In this document: positions 9,736 through 22,739 of the stretch, in pieces
Position numbering within the stretch: the first letter of the stretch is position 1
Layout: each line of letters starts with the position of its first letter
Source: Octopus bimaculoides
Taxonomy: Eukaryota
Direction: 5' to 3'
Assembly: GCF_001194135.2 (NCBI RefSeq)
Contig: NC_068983.1
Coordinates: forward strand, 12,627,232 to 12,661,916
DNA length: 34,685 nt
Notes under the pieces: model-generated
What the model was told of the DNA's origin: nothing
What the model saw: the letters and a program-made list of their open reading frames with translations, nothing else
The model's database searches: none
Made by a program: the position numbers and the translations under genes

Positions 9736-11814
9736 CATAAATATACACATACACAAGCAAACACAACACACGCACGTATATATGTATGTCCGTATGAATG
9801 CAAGTATGTTTGCGTTGGAAGAAAGACACAGCACATACACACACAATCAAATCATCTATGTGCGCAATCACACAGTGATAGGTACATAAGTACAGCTAAG
9901 ATGACTGGTTTCCGTTTGAAAGATGTTGTTGCCACCGGGTTTTCAATAGTACAAATCGATGGGGTGCCTTGTACTAAACTAATTTTATAATAGACTTTCA
10001 GACATTACACGAAATTTCACCAAACATTTCACCTGTTTCACATTGGTAGTAACACTGACAGAACAACTCTTATTCAGAAATAAACAAAAGAACATCTATT
10101 AACACCTTACTAAACATATGAACTAGTAAACTGAATTTTCGAAAAGTTCTAACAATATTTCAACTAAATTATTTTCTCATGATTTGATTTTTACACGTGA
10201 TCGTTGAGTATGTGTGATCTGTTGCAGCACTGTGGTTTATTTTACGTGAAATAATAACACGGCTAATCAAATAGAAACTACATTCGAATGAAGTACATGT
10301 ATCTAAGTGTAGTTTATGTTTACTGCGATGATAAATAGAAAAATACCTCTCATTAACGTGTTTACGACATCATTAACCGTGAGAATATATATTTTGATTG
10401 AATGTTCAACTAACTCTGACCACAGTAGGTGAATGGTTAATATAATCTACTGCTAATGTTATCTCTGCCTCTAGGCACGTAATTTTCCTTTAATTACCAC
10501 GCTGCATTAATGTACTCAATATTTTTTTTTTCTTTAGATTTTCTTTCCGTCTTTCTTTATTCCTATTATTTTTGCTATGTTTGTTATGTGACGCACCATT
10601 CAGAGAAGCTATAAAGCGTCCATTGTTAAAACTGGGTTCGTAAACTTATATCATTTGTAGGTTCTCTCAATTGTACAATACTTTATTAATTCGATGTTTA
10701 TTCTAATTTAAAATTAGACAGCACAACAATGAGATCAATTATCTCGACTCTGGGGTTTTTACCTCTTAAAACATTACCGATCACTTTTAGAACCAATGGT
10801 AGTCAAGTCAATTATGAAACGAAGTCTTTTCAATATTCTGTAAAGTTGTTTGTGAGCCAGACATTAACTAGTTTTTCGATAGTGTTAACCCCTTAAGAAT
10901 CGTGTGAAATATTCAAAGGAAATATCTTTATCGATTCTACGTTTTCTATTATTGCTTAGTCTGGGAGGGACGACAATACCCATATCCATGAGACTAATGG
11001 GTGAAACTTACTCTCAAACAAGTGATGTAACTCGAATGCTTGCAACAAGGTGTATTCCGATAAAGACACTCAAGGTGCCAACTGATGGCGTCAAACCAGG
11101 TGACGAATAAAGTCTATTATCTAAGCAAAGGCTTTCTGTTCATGTGCAAATCCGACAGAAGTTAGCGATCGTGGAAATCTATGCCAAAGTCCCAAAATTC
11201 CTGATTTTTCCTTCGTAAGGTACAACAGTGGTTTTCCTTTCACTTTCTTTGCTTATCTGTAGTTACTCCTCTAGTTTCATGCATTTTTGAGCTTCGAGCT
11301 TCTCCTGAGATAATAGCTTAGTCTTGGCTAACACACACACAGGTAGCTACACGTTTTATTAGTACATGTCCACATTTTGGTGGATCTTAGTAACATACGT
11401 CTTAGAGTCAGGCCTCCTTCCGAATCCTGTATGCTTCAGCTACAGGATCATCTGCTGGTTGAACAATAATTAGGGCTCATGTCTGGCAGCATCGTCCGTG
11501 GGTCAGAACGGGCCTCAGATATCAAGATGAAACAAAACATGGAATCCCTCTGTTGTAAGCAGTTTCTATAAGTCTCCTACTGGTTTACCTATTATTATAT
11601 ACCTTTTGAATTTAGTGGATCTAACGGAAGCAAAACGTTACCTAAATATATGAGAATATTCTTCAGTCGTGAAGTCTAGAGACTGCAGTAGGCTTTAATA
11701 ATGTTTTATAAGCAAAATGTTGCAGTTGTTTGAATCTTCAAACAAATTTAGACATCAAAAGAAAACAGTACTATCACTGCACGTAAGAAAGTAAAAAACA
11801 ACTTCTACTTGTCA

Positions 11815-11954
11815 TTGGAGCTGGTACTATATAAAAAGCACTCTGTACCTCTGTAAAGTGGTTAGCCTCAGAAGGGCATCCGACTGTAGAAACCATGTCA
11901 GAAGAGACAACAGACTTGCTGAGTTTCCCGGGCGTTAAATGATGACGATGATGA
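11815..11954 (+). mobile_element. 3' fragment of another SINE-like repeat ending in (GAT)n
   Basis: ctctgtaaagtggttagcctcagaagggcatccgactgtagaaacc...cgttaaatgatgacgatgatga resembles, from memory, the tail of an abundant octopus repeat. Single copy in the window. Confidence 0.5.
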
Positions 11955-11957
11955 ATG

Positions 11958-11989
<32 letters not shown>

Positions 11990-12706
11990 ATGTGTGTGTA
12001 TGTGTGTGTGTGTGTGTGTGTGTTTGGGTGTGTGTGCGTGATGGTGATGGCTGAAATGCCTTGATTCACAAAGTCTGGTCGATTTGGACTAATTTAGGGC
12101 TAAACAATTCTATTATGAGCAACAACAATAAAAACAACACAAACCTACATTACCTAATATACTCTAAATAATAGATCAACTGGGCGTGCTTCACATACGC
12201 TTTGCGGCTTCAAAACCTGTATGTCAAATCACCACGATAGGACACATCTTCATCACACAAGAATACGACTAGCCACATGAGAATGTATAAAACGTGTGAT
12301 GACAATACTGTAGAAAAGAATGTGGAAGACATGATGTAACCAATGGTCCACGAATTATCGATAGAATGTGCTCCGAGACGTTCACGCTGCAGTTATTCGA
12401 TGGTAGCAGATTCTTTCTTGAATCTAAACTGGATGGTTTTAATGCCAGACATGGTCGTGCGTTGCTATTTTTCAATAGAAATGAACACTGTTCATTGAAA
12501 TGAAAGGGCCATTCTTTGTTAGATTTACATGTATGTAGGCTATATAATGAGTCATTCTTAACAACCCCGAAAACGGTGTTGTTAAGAAAAGCTTGTACTC
12601 GATTTGATCTGCTGTTAGTGAAAGAGACACAACGCTAGTTAAGCAGTAACAGTGGGGTAGCCTCCGACCTATGGCACACTGTGTATTATTTCCATGGATT
12701 GTAAAA

Positions 12707-12950
12707 CAGGGTGTCCACACGGTCTGGGTACATGGAGTAAATAAAATCATAACATAAACAATTAAATATAACAAATAACAATTTCTTAAAGTATGTGTTA
12801 ATTGAGAACAATAGTAAGTGTTCATGTATGAGTTGGTAAGACTTATGAACAGGAGAAGGTTTGGGAGTAGTTTCTCCGAGGTTGCTTATTACTGAGTTGG
12901 ACATTTGAGAGGAGTGCTGAATTTTCAAAGGATTTAGCTGAAAGTTAGAA
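12707..12950 (+). mobile_element. Possible terminal fragment of a Tc1/mariner-type element
   Basis: CAGGGTGTCCAC is a typical Tc1/mariner TIR start. No partner TIR or TA duplication was found, and the right boundary is uncertain. Confidence 0.4.
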
Positions 12951-12985
12951 AAAAAAAATAAAAGAGAGAAAAAAATAATAAAAGA

Positions 12986-13140
12986 GGCGCAGAGGTGCCT
13001 TAAGTAGCTTGCTTACCACCCACATGGTTCCAGGTTCAGTCCCACTGCGTCGCACCTTGAGCAAGTGTCTTCTACTATAGCCTCAGGCCGACCAAAGCCT
13101 TGTGAGTGGATTTGGTAGACGGAAACTGAAAGAAGCCCGT

Positions 13141-13185
<45 letters not shown>

Positions 13186-13372
13186 ATATGTTTGTGTGTC
13201 TGCGATGCTGGTGTGCTTACGTACCTGTAACCTAGCGGTTCGGCAAAAAATGACCGACAGAATAAGTACTAGGCTTACAAAGAATAAGTCGTGGAATCGA
13301 CTTGCTCGACTAAAGGCGGTGCTCCAACATGGCCGCAGTCAAATGACTGAAACAAGTAAAAGAGTAAATGAG
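12986..13372 (+). mobile_element. SINE family A
   Basis: Colinear with the other family A copies; small deletions in head and middle; tail aaacaagtaaaagagtaaatgag. Confidence 0.92.
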
Positions 13373-15073
13373 ATTTCTTGCAGAATCTTATTGCTGTTGT
13401 CATTCATGTCAGCACTGAATAAGAAAAATCTATGATGGAAGACATTTTCAGTTGTGATTAATACAACATATTCTTCTGTGTACCATGTTACTGAATGCCT
13501 CTTTCAGTTGTTATGGTAGTAGAGTGTAATTTGAGGGAAATTTGTTTGCTATGTATATCAGAAGTGAGTTTATTCATATTATTCAGTATCTCCAGGCACG
13601 AGCTACTTACTGTAGAGTGTAAGAACTGCCCAGTTGCTAGAAGTGGTTGACTATATTTTGCATCTCGGAGGGTATGTTGAAGGCATAGGTGCAACTTTTG
13701 CCTCTCCATTAAAATTAATTTGGCTCACATTGTGCACGATTTATAATAGTAATTTCTAACATTGGTACAGTGAGAATCGTGGGGAGGAATATAGTTGTCT
13801 TCTGACTGGCTTGTATAAATTATTTAACCGTATTTAGAGTCAAATTTATAGAGGCGTTAGAAAATAAATGCTGCAATGTGATTTATCCGAAACTCTACCG
13901 ACTCTGTTTTGTAAATAAAGTGATCCATTACTTTTTTTTACAAAAGTACTTTATCGAAGGTATTTTATACGCGCATAACTTTTAGCGTTCAAACAGGATG
14001 ATGATGATGTACTCAGAAAGTTTCCCAACTTGGTTTTATAACTTTTAACAAATTTGATGATATGCACTAAGAAAGTTTCCAAATCCCGCCCGCCTCCACC
14101 CCTTTTTTTTTATTATTAGGAATTCAATTTCAGGGGGAAAAAAATAATAAATAGAGAAAGAAAAATAGCCAGGAAGGAAATCTTTCCTCTCAGTTAGTAT
14201 CATGGAACTGGTGTCGCTAACAGAAAGCAAATTTCAGCAAGATGAGTCACCATCGTTTAGCTTGAGAAACATAGTTATTCGTTTATCGACAGCTATGTGA
14301 AGTTACTAAATAAAATATATGGCTGAAAAACCAATACTTTATGTAAAGCATTTGTGCAATGTGAATGGATAAAAAGTGCATGTAGAAAGTAGCGAGGGAA
14401 TTATATGTTATTACTACATATAAATTAAGCTAGCTTTTATATGAGTTTACACAAATAAAGCCTAATTTTCTTATTAGAAAGCCACATACACATACAGGCA
14501 TAGAAACACACATTCTCTCCCAGCCATATATCCGTATATCTATCTCTTTTTTTCTTTTATTCCTGTTTGCTCGTGTATATATTATTATACCTTATATTGT
14601 TCACACAGCATGCAACAAGGACAATAAACAGTGCAACAATAAATTGTAGGCAAATCCAATCTGTGACCGGATTTATTATATTCTCTATTTGTTGCAAATT
14701 ACATCAGTTATGTCGACAATGAAAGGGTATATGTATGGTCGCTTTGATTGACTATCAGACGACCAGCAGAGAGAGTTGGCAGTGTCGTACCCAATAACCG
14801 AAACAATTGTTTTTCATGCAGTTGACATCTATGTGTTATTTATTCGCTAATTTTATTTTACTTTCCAACCAGTGTACAATACTTTACGGTGAGGTGTATG
14901 AGTCTGAATAAATTTGTATGCAGTGGAGGGAAGAGTAAATAAGGCGATCTAGAACTATCGCGTAGTCGGTGTGGTAACTCCTCCCACAGCAGACGAATTT
15001 ATCCAAACTTACAAACTTTACTGTGAGCCATTACCGATTTCCTCGAACTGATATATATATATATATATATATA

Positions 15074-15501
15074 NNNNNNNNNNNNNNNNNNNNNNNNNNN
15101 NNNNNNNNNNNNNNNNNNNNNNNNNNNNNNNNNNNNNNNNNNNNNNNNNNNNNNNNNNNNNNNNNNNNNNNNNNNNNNNNNNNNNNNNNNNNNNNNNNNN
15201 NNNNNNNNNNNNNNNNNNNNNNNNNNNNNNNNNNNNNNNNNNNNNNNNNNNNNNNNNNNNNNNNNNNNNNNNNNNNNNNNNNNNNNNNNNNNNNNNNNNN
15301 NNNNNNNNNNNNNNNNNNNNNNNNNNNNNNNNNNNNNNNNNNNNNNNNNNNNNNNNNNNNNNNNNNNNNNNNNNNNNNNNNNNNNNNNNNNNNNNNNNNN
15401 NNNNNNNNNNNNNNNNNNNNNNNNNNNNNNNNNNNNNNNNNNNNNNNNNNNNNNNNNNNNNNNNNNNNNNNNNNNNNNNNNNNNNNNNNNNNNNNNNNNN
15501 N
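15074..15501. other. Assembly gap
   Basis: Run of N. Confidence 1.
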
Positions 15502-15503
15502 CA

Positions 15504-15584
15504 AAGAAATAGAAGGAAGAGTGAAGTCTCCCTCAGCGATTCTCTCCCCTTAGAGGGAGACTTCAACTCTTCTTTCTATTTCTT
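15504..15584. repeat. Near-perfect inverted repeat (31/32-nt arms, 18-nt loop)
   Basis: aagaaatagaaggaagagtgaagtctccctc (15504-15534) and gagggagacttcaactcttctttctatttctt (15553-15584): one mismatch, one bulge. Confidence 0.93.
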
Positions 15585-15675
15585 CGACAACTCTATTTCT
15601 CTCCCTCTCTTACTCCGAAAGCAACCGTAGGTGGCAGCACCAACATTCGCCAGTACAATTTCCTATATATGTACA

Positions 15676-15709
<34 letters not shown>

Positions 15710-15744
15710 TGCAAACGCACGCACGCACACGCATATATCTTGTA

Positions 15745-15929
15745 TGTGTTGTAACTATTAGACCGTGGCCATGCTGGGGCACCGCCTTGAAGAAATTTTC
15801 CTCGAATGAATCAACTCTATTACTTAATTTTGTTAAGCTGTTACCTATTCTATCAGACATTGTTACCGAACCGCTAGGTTACGGAGAAGTAAACGCATCA
15901 ACACCGGCTGTCAAGCGGTAGAGGGTGAT

Positions 15930-15992
<63 letters not shown>

Positions 15993-16168
15993 ATACATAC
16001 CTACGACTGGTTTCTTTTTGTTTTCGCCTACGAAATTCACTCACAAGGTTTTGGCAGGCCCGACGTTATAGTAGAAGACATATTTTCAAGGTGCCATGCA
16101 GTTGGACTGAATTCAGAACCATGTGGTTTAGGAAGCACACTTCTTACCACACATCCACGCCTGTGACT
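15745..16168 (-). mobile_element. SINE family A, minus strand, diverged
   Basis: Reverse complement of the family A landmarks (ggccatgctggggcaccgcc, accgaaccgctaggttacgg, cactcacaagg, cttaccacacatccacgcc); internal (CA)n. Confidence 0.88.
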
Positions 16169-16181
16169 TGCGACTTGAGAA

Positions 16182-16216
<35 letters not shown>

Positions 16217-16719
16217 GAGAGAAGGAGAGAGAGAGAATAATTTTATATTTATTAAGTGAAATTCTTCGAATTCCATCAATAAGTAGGATGAATTTTACAT
16301 TTCGATGATGACTTAAAACTTATCAACGTCTGGAGTAACCATTGAACGTACGTGTATGTATATACGAATGTATGTCTAAATGTATGTATATATGTATCTA
16401 TGTGTCTGCATTTGTATAGGTTCGTGTACGTCGTTCGTTCATTTTCGATTGGTATGCTGTATTAAAACCACAATATATATCGGAGCGACACGAACTTCGT
16501 TCCAGCTGTCACTCATACGAACAACAGATACATTTGGGCCACCATGAGCCTTGTCAAAGATGTGTATTCGCTAGTCACATGACTATATGCCTTGACAAAC
16601 TCTATCCTCTTCGATATATAGGGAACAGTGAATGTTATAGTCATTGATATTACGGAAGGCTCACCTTCAATCCTAATATCGTACTCTTTTAACATTCCAG
16701 CCTTTACAGATCCTACTTC

Positions 16720-17200
16720 CTTAGCTTAGACTCTGCTATCTCCGCTATATTCCATGTATGCCTCCTCAATTCATTCACACGATGTATCTTCTAACCTATG
16801 TGATCTCATAGTTCGTAGCTCTTCTAACCCAACCATTTTCCGTTTCCTACTCTAGGATCTGTTGCAACACTTGTTCATACATCTACAACAATAGAATCCT
16901 ACATGGACCCAACCAGCTTCCCCACTACATCACTGACTATTTTGCCTACTGGACAAACAATATAATATATGGCATTAGATGTCTTTGATGTGGCTCCCTG
17001 TACATTGTTGACACGGGCCGAAGGTCAGCGGTTATTTTCGCAGAACACCTTCGTTTAAATAATACTGCATAGCCTGTTGCTCATCACATTTTACCTGGCC
17101 ACACCATTTCCCATCTCTCAGTCTATAGTGTCTTTTTACTCTACGGCTCATCTGTTTCTCCCCACCACAAAGAACAACACCTCATCTTTTGCCTAGGACA
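16720..17200 (+). pseudogene. Penelope-like element GIY-YIG endonuclease remnant
   Basis: NLCDLIVRS (16793), then after a frameshift CCNTCSYI...GP...FAYWTNNIIYGIRCL*CGSLYIVDTGRRSAVIFAEHLR...PVAHH...KEQHLIFCLG, matching the PLE zinc-finger plus GIY-YIG pattern. The element may extend from ~16500 to ~18320. Confidence 0.82.
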
Positions 17201-19019
17201 CTCCTAACTGTTATAGATAGCACAGTCACATTTGCTACGCACACAAATTTACACCTACACATCCCCGAATTTTACATATAGTAATCTTTCACTATCACGC
17301 CTTGCACGTATGTGTTATATAACTAAAAACTCACGCACTCACACATAAACATACACACACACACGTATATATGGATCAGCACAAACATACTACTAATACA
17401 GATAATTCATAAATACTCACTACTCTTTACACACACATACAAAAGCCCATTACTATACAAATACATAGAGTCTAGCACGTGCATGGGCCTAAACACTACC
17501 TTCTACCACCACTACGCATACAACTACTTACTCCACTCCTCTCAAATTCTTCCCTTGAACCTTACATTCTAGTCCCTTCTTTTTCTGACCCCCCACCTCT
17601 CGCTAAACCCTACAACCACTTAATCCACCATACCTGCCCCACCTATTATTGACCCGCCTAGTCAGTTACCCTACTTCCGGTCTATCAGTAAAACACGTGT
17701 TCTACACCAAGCAACCGAACGGCAAACACGTGCTTTAAACAGGTATTGTTTCTCTTCTTGTTTCCTTTTTCTTCTTATTTCTTTTTATACGTTACTTTTA
17801 TAAAACATTTACCTGAAACGATTGTCTACTTTATCTTTCTTTTTTCGGTATTAAAATTCAACGTGTAAAACGTTTCATAGATTTTGTCTGGTGCTTATAT
17901 TTTAATTAACATCGTTTAAATTTTCGTCGATCTGTTATGACGTCTCGTATTGAACTCTTATTCCCCTCGCTCTATTTGGGTTATAGCATTTAATTGTGTC
18001 AACAGCTTGACTCAGAAACGCATTAGTTCAAGCCTCAGAGAAAGGAAGAAAAACCATTACCTTGTTTAAATAACAATGCTATTTGCAGCGCGTAGACACG
18101 GTCTGTTGTCGTTGGATAATGAGTAGAGCTGAATATCATTGCCTAGTTCAGGCCACTTGGTGAGACTGGTAAGTGTTGATTAAAGCTGACCGATTGCGGA
18201 TCGGAGTTTCTATAGGTTTTTTAGTGCTACTGGGTATGACTGTTACTGGCTAATGAAAGAGATCGATAGCTGGAAACTCTTGTTATCTAAGAAGCAGCTT
18301 TAACACGGCGTGTAAAAATAGTCTCTCTTATTCTCTTTGAGAACTGAAGTTTCTGAAGGATTATGGAAGTTAGATGTATGAAGATATCAGTAAAGGACTG
18401 TGGGAGATATCAGCTAGCAATAGGTTCCGTTGTTGGCGGTAGAAACACAGTTCACACTTGATGCAAAAAAAGTTGTAAGTGGAATGTGTATATGGAATAA
18501 AAGCTTCAGGTATGATATCCACAGGTTAACAATTAGCAAGAGGTTAACCTTTTGAGATCCTTGCTCCTCAGAGCACAATATAATTACGTTTTTTTTTTGG
18601 TATTCTAGTACCAGCATGTATAGTGTATGTGATTGTGTGGTACGATTCTGAGCGTAAACAATACATCTGTGATGTGTAACATCCATTGATAATTGTGCAC
18701 AAGTAACTCCATATGTGAATAAATGATCATCCTTAATTCCCCCTCCATGATTGCTGGTATGCATTTGGATATCTTTTATCAACACGCATGCACACACACA
18801 CGCTCATACACAAACACACCGCACACACATTCATACACTCACAAACACACACATACATTTGTATGCGTGTATGTATATTTTTCGTTGTTGCAACCCTTCA
18901 TACACAGCGATTACAAAGACGTACGTATGTGTGAGCAGAAAGAAGTATTATTTTATAAACGTATGAAAGGGATACAAATATTCAGTATGGAAATTAACAA
19001 AAATGTAAATAAAATAAGA

Positions 19020-19460
19020 GACAGATGAAGAAAAATGACGGGTAAAAATAAATTGAATGAACGCTTGAGAGGAACATAAGGAAACAGAAATAACAGATGA
19101 AGGAAGGAAAGATGGAAAGAAGAAAGAGGTGATGAAAGAATAGAAGAAGGAAAAAGGTAAATAAATCTGAAGTAAGAATGGAAATAGAAAGAAAAGAAGA
19201 GAAATACAGAAGGGACAAAGTAGTAATGAAGGGCGGGAACAAAAAGGAAAGGAAGTTAGAATCCAAAGGAAGATGGAAGGAAAGGTGGAGGAATGAATGA
19301 AAATGAAAAAAATAGGCGATGCAGAAGGAATGAAAGAAAAGATTCGGGGAAGTGAATGAAAGAATGGAAGGAAAGAAGAAAGAAAAATAGCAAGGAAAAA
19401 GAAAGAAAAGAGAAAAGAAAAGAGAAAAGGCGGAAGAAAAAAGAAGGAAACGAGGGAAAA
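19020..19460 (+). repeat. Purine-rich (GA-rich) low-complexity tract
   Basis: Direct reading; strongly A/G-biased on the + strand. Confidence 0.85.
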
Positions 19461-19579
19461 GAAATATCCTGGAGGTTATCGTAAACGGTATCTTCAAAAT
19501 TATGAAACGATAAAACAATCAGTGAATTAATTGTTATCATCAAACATATAATCATCATCTTTGGTCCATTCGCGTCATT

Positions 19580-20000
19580 TAGTTATTATTGTTGCCTTCA
19601 TCGTCGTCCTCATCTCTCATCACGATCATCATGATCATCATCATTAACGGAGTCGTTATCATAATCATCATTATCATCACCGTCATCGTCGTATTCCTCG
19701 TCGTCCTCCTCCTCCCCGTCCTCCTCCTCTTCCACATCAAAATCATCATCATCATTATCATCGTCACCATCAACAACTTCACCATCATTGTCATCAGTCG
19801 CAGGAACTGTATCACTAAACTCATCAACTTCTCTGATATCATTATTATCAACACGGTCTTGATGTCATCACACCACTACCCGCCGTCATCACTCCTACAC
19901 TACCACCACTACCACCGTGTCCATCACGACCACTACGACCACGACTACCACGGCCACTGCCACTATCACAAAACAATGCTCATCTTTATTATGCACCTCT
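19580..20000. repeat. Degenerate (CAT/CGT/CAC)n trinucleotide low-complexity tract
   Basis: Direct reading; explains the I/V/L/H-rich pseudo-ORF 19589-20233. Confidence 0.85.
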
Positions 20001-20169
20001 TTCTCCTCCTCCCCTTCTCCTCCTTCCCTTCTCCTCCTCCCCTTCTCCTCCTCCCCTTCTCCTCCTCCCCTTCTCCTCCTCCCCTTCTCCTCCTCCCCTT
20101 CTCCTCCTCCCCTTCTCCTCCTCCCCTTCTCCTTCTCCCCTTCTCCTCCTCCCCTTCTCCTCCTCCTCC
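20001..20169. repeat. Minisatellite, 14-nt unit TTCTCCTCCTCCCC, ~12 copies
   Basis: Direct reading; gives a 14-aa period in the ORF track. Confidence 0.92.
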
Positions 20170-22669
20170 ATCTCCACCTATTCCTCTATTATTAACACCA
20201 ACAACAACTGTAGCATTAAAATCTTCAACATAATTATCATTATTATTAGAACTATCCTCATTAAACCCAGCCCACCGCCACCACGTTATCCCACCATCGG
20301 TATTCCCACACTTCTATAACAACAGCCACCATCATCTTTTCTTTCTCATCCTCTTCTGCTTCCTTCTACTTTCCCTCCTCTTCCTCATCATCGTTATCAT
20401 TGTCATCATCCTCATCATCTACGTTATCAACATAAACAACATCATCAAAAAAAACAAAACAAAGGAAACGGAGCAACATCAACAGCAATAAAACCATCAC
20501 CACCACCAACAACAACAACACAGCATAACTGCAACAACAACAACAGCAACAACTTTAAAAACGGTATCATTACTGCAACAACAACATCAACAATACCAAC
20601 AGACATGTTTTTTTCAATCAAAATCTGCTCTTTTGTGAACCGGGTTTTTGTCTTTTTTATTGCTATTCAATATAGTAATTAAAGAACTCTCCCTGAAAAA
20701 CCATTAGGATTTTGTCGATAAGAGCACAGTTGATTTCACATACAGATGCAAGCAATTCCGATAGGATTATGTGATGCGGACTAATGAAAATATTAAGGTA
20801 ACGGCCCTTTATTACTGGAATGAGAAAAAAACAAAATGAATTATAAAATAGAAGCTACAAAATATATTCTAATGCCCAAACCATGAAGACATGAAGTTCG
20901 GTAATTCAAACCAATTGTATTTTTCGCAACATGAAATCGATAATGTAACTAGTGGGTCTGAGGATATCCTTCCAAACGTTAGATCAATAACGTGAATAAT
21001 GCAACGACATGATCGGAATTATTTCTTTAGCCAGCCCCTTACTCCTCCCAACCCGTACAAACACACGATACAAAATCGATATCGCAAACAACTAGATCAA
21101 TTCTCTAACGTCACATCTGAACTAATAATTTAAACCACCAATAATTCCCACTTTGTTCAACGTGAGGACGATACTAACATTACAAAAAGAAACAAGGAAA
21201 GAAAATAAGAAAGAAAAATAGCTGGCTCATAACTTTAGAAAGCTGTTGAGGTTTGATTAATGAATATACATTAAACTTTGGCAGTTAAACAGGCAGTAAT
21301 TCAATGTAGTATATCAACATAAATTCTATTACTGTTTTCATTATTTTATATATTGTCCGAGTGAACATTATAATGAGTATAAAACTTTATCTCACTTAAG
21401 CGTCGATATAAACCGACTCCATCTCGACCATCAAACCTACTTTTGCAATTAACCAAATACAACAATGACTGGCAACATTAACAAGAGAAATGCCACAGTG
21501 TCATCACAATCACTAATAGAAATATATCATTTCCACACAACACTACTATCGTTGCTATCAACAGCAACACCACTATATGAACAAAATATCTCATAAACAG
21601 CCATGTCATTAGATTTTATATCAACCGCCAACTGTTCTTCACAGTGTTTAATTATCTCTAGAAAACAGAATCGATTAACAAAGCGATATTTTCTTTGCAC
21701 TTGGTAAAATGCTAATTTAGTAGAGAGATTTGATATATCTGAAATGACTGAACTACTTATTACTGGTATTTTATCATCTCTTACAGATGGAATGAAAATT
21801 CAGTTCGATTAGAGTTTCAGCATAATAAGGAATACAAAGGCACAACGATGCGTTTGGCTATCTGCAAAGAAGCAAGCGCCAGACTTTATACAACAACTAT
21901 TCTGGGTTCTCTGATTCTGGAGCTTTTCCAAAGACCATTAATGCTTACCATATGGAAAGTAAAGTTATTGCAGTAAAGGACAAATTTTTATAACTGAATC
22001 TGAAAGTCCAGATATAGTCATACAAATGGGAGCCAGCTGCCATTCTCGATTCCGAACATGTGCAATTTCCATTGTTGCTGTTGGTCTGATCAAAGTCAAC
22101 CTTGACCAAGTAGGTGAAGGACAGAAGACGATCCAGTTCTGACCGCCTTGTCCTTGTGTAAATCGTTGTGCCTTTTCTTTTAAAGGTGGTAGTAGCATCA
22201 TTTGAGGGAGCTATCATTGCTGTTTCTAGTAAATGGAGTGACTGTAGAGAGGCTCCCTCATTTGCTGGTTATACTGTTTTCTTATTTGTGAAATGTAAGA
22301 CTTCAGTTTATTAAGGAATCCGTTTTATAATGTTATTGATTATTGTCAGGTCCCATGATCATAAAGAAATCTCGGTCTCGACTAGCCTAGAGGTTTCAAG
22401 ACGAAGTTAGATCTTGTGTTTGAAATTGGGCGCGGTGGATAAAACAAACTAGAAAGGTAAAAATCTAAAGTTAAACTCAGAATACTTTATGCCATGCGTC
22501 TTTCCGTATTGAAAACGAAGTGGAATAGCGTAGCTGGAGAGTATGTAATGTTTCCAATACTCTGTATTTACGTCGTTAATCTAAGCCTTTCAGGGGCGTG
22601 TAATTGTGATGGTGTGTTTAATTATACATACATACATACATACATACATATACATACACGCACACATAC

Positions 22670-22739
<70 letters not shown>

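Noticed and set aside
10900-11600. Possible decayed LINE on the minus strand (CRIC..TES-like peptide)
   Set aside because: No complete zinc knuckle or RT motif could be traced; left unassigned.
12240-12340. Faint resemblance to an RTE 3' end (also 20740-20800)
   Set aside because: Similarity too weak to support without an alignment tool.
18186-18230. Minus-strand GAAAC-hairpin-GTC as a further hammerhead
   Set aside because: The upstream core reads CTAAAAA and stem II is absent; too many changes are needed.
19589-20233. 214-aa ORF resembling a membrane or proline-rich protein
   Set aside because: Entirely explained by trinucleotide low complexity and the 14-nt minisatellite.
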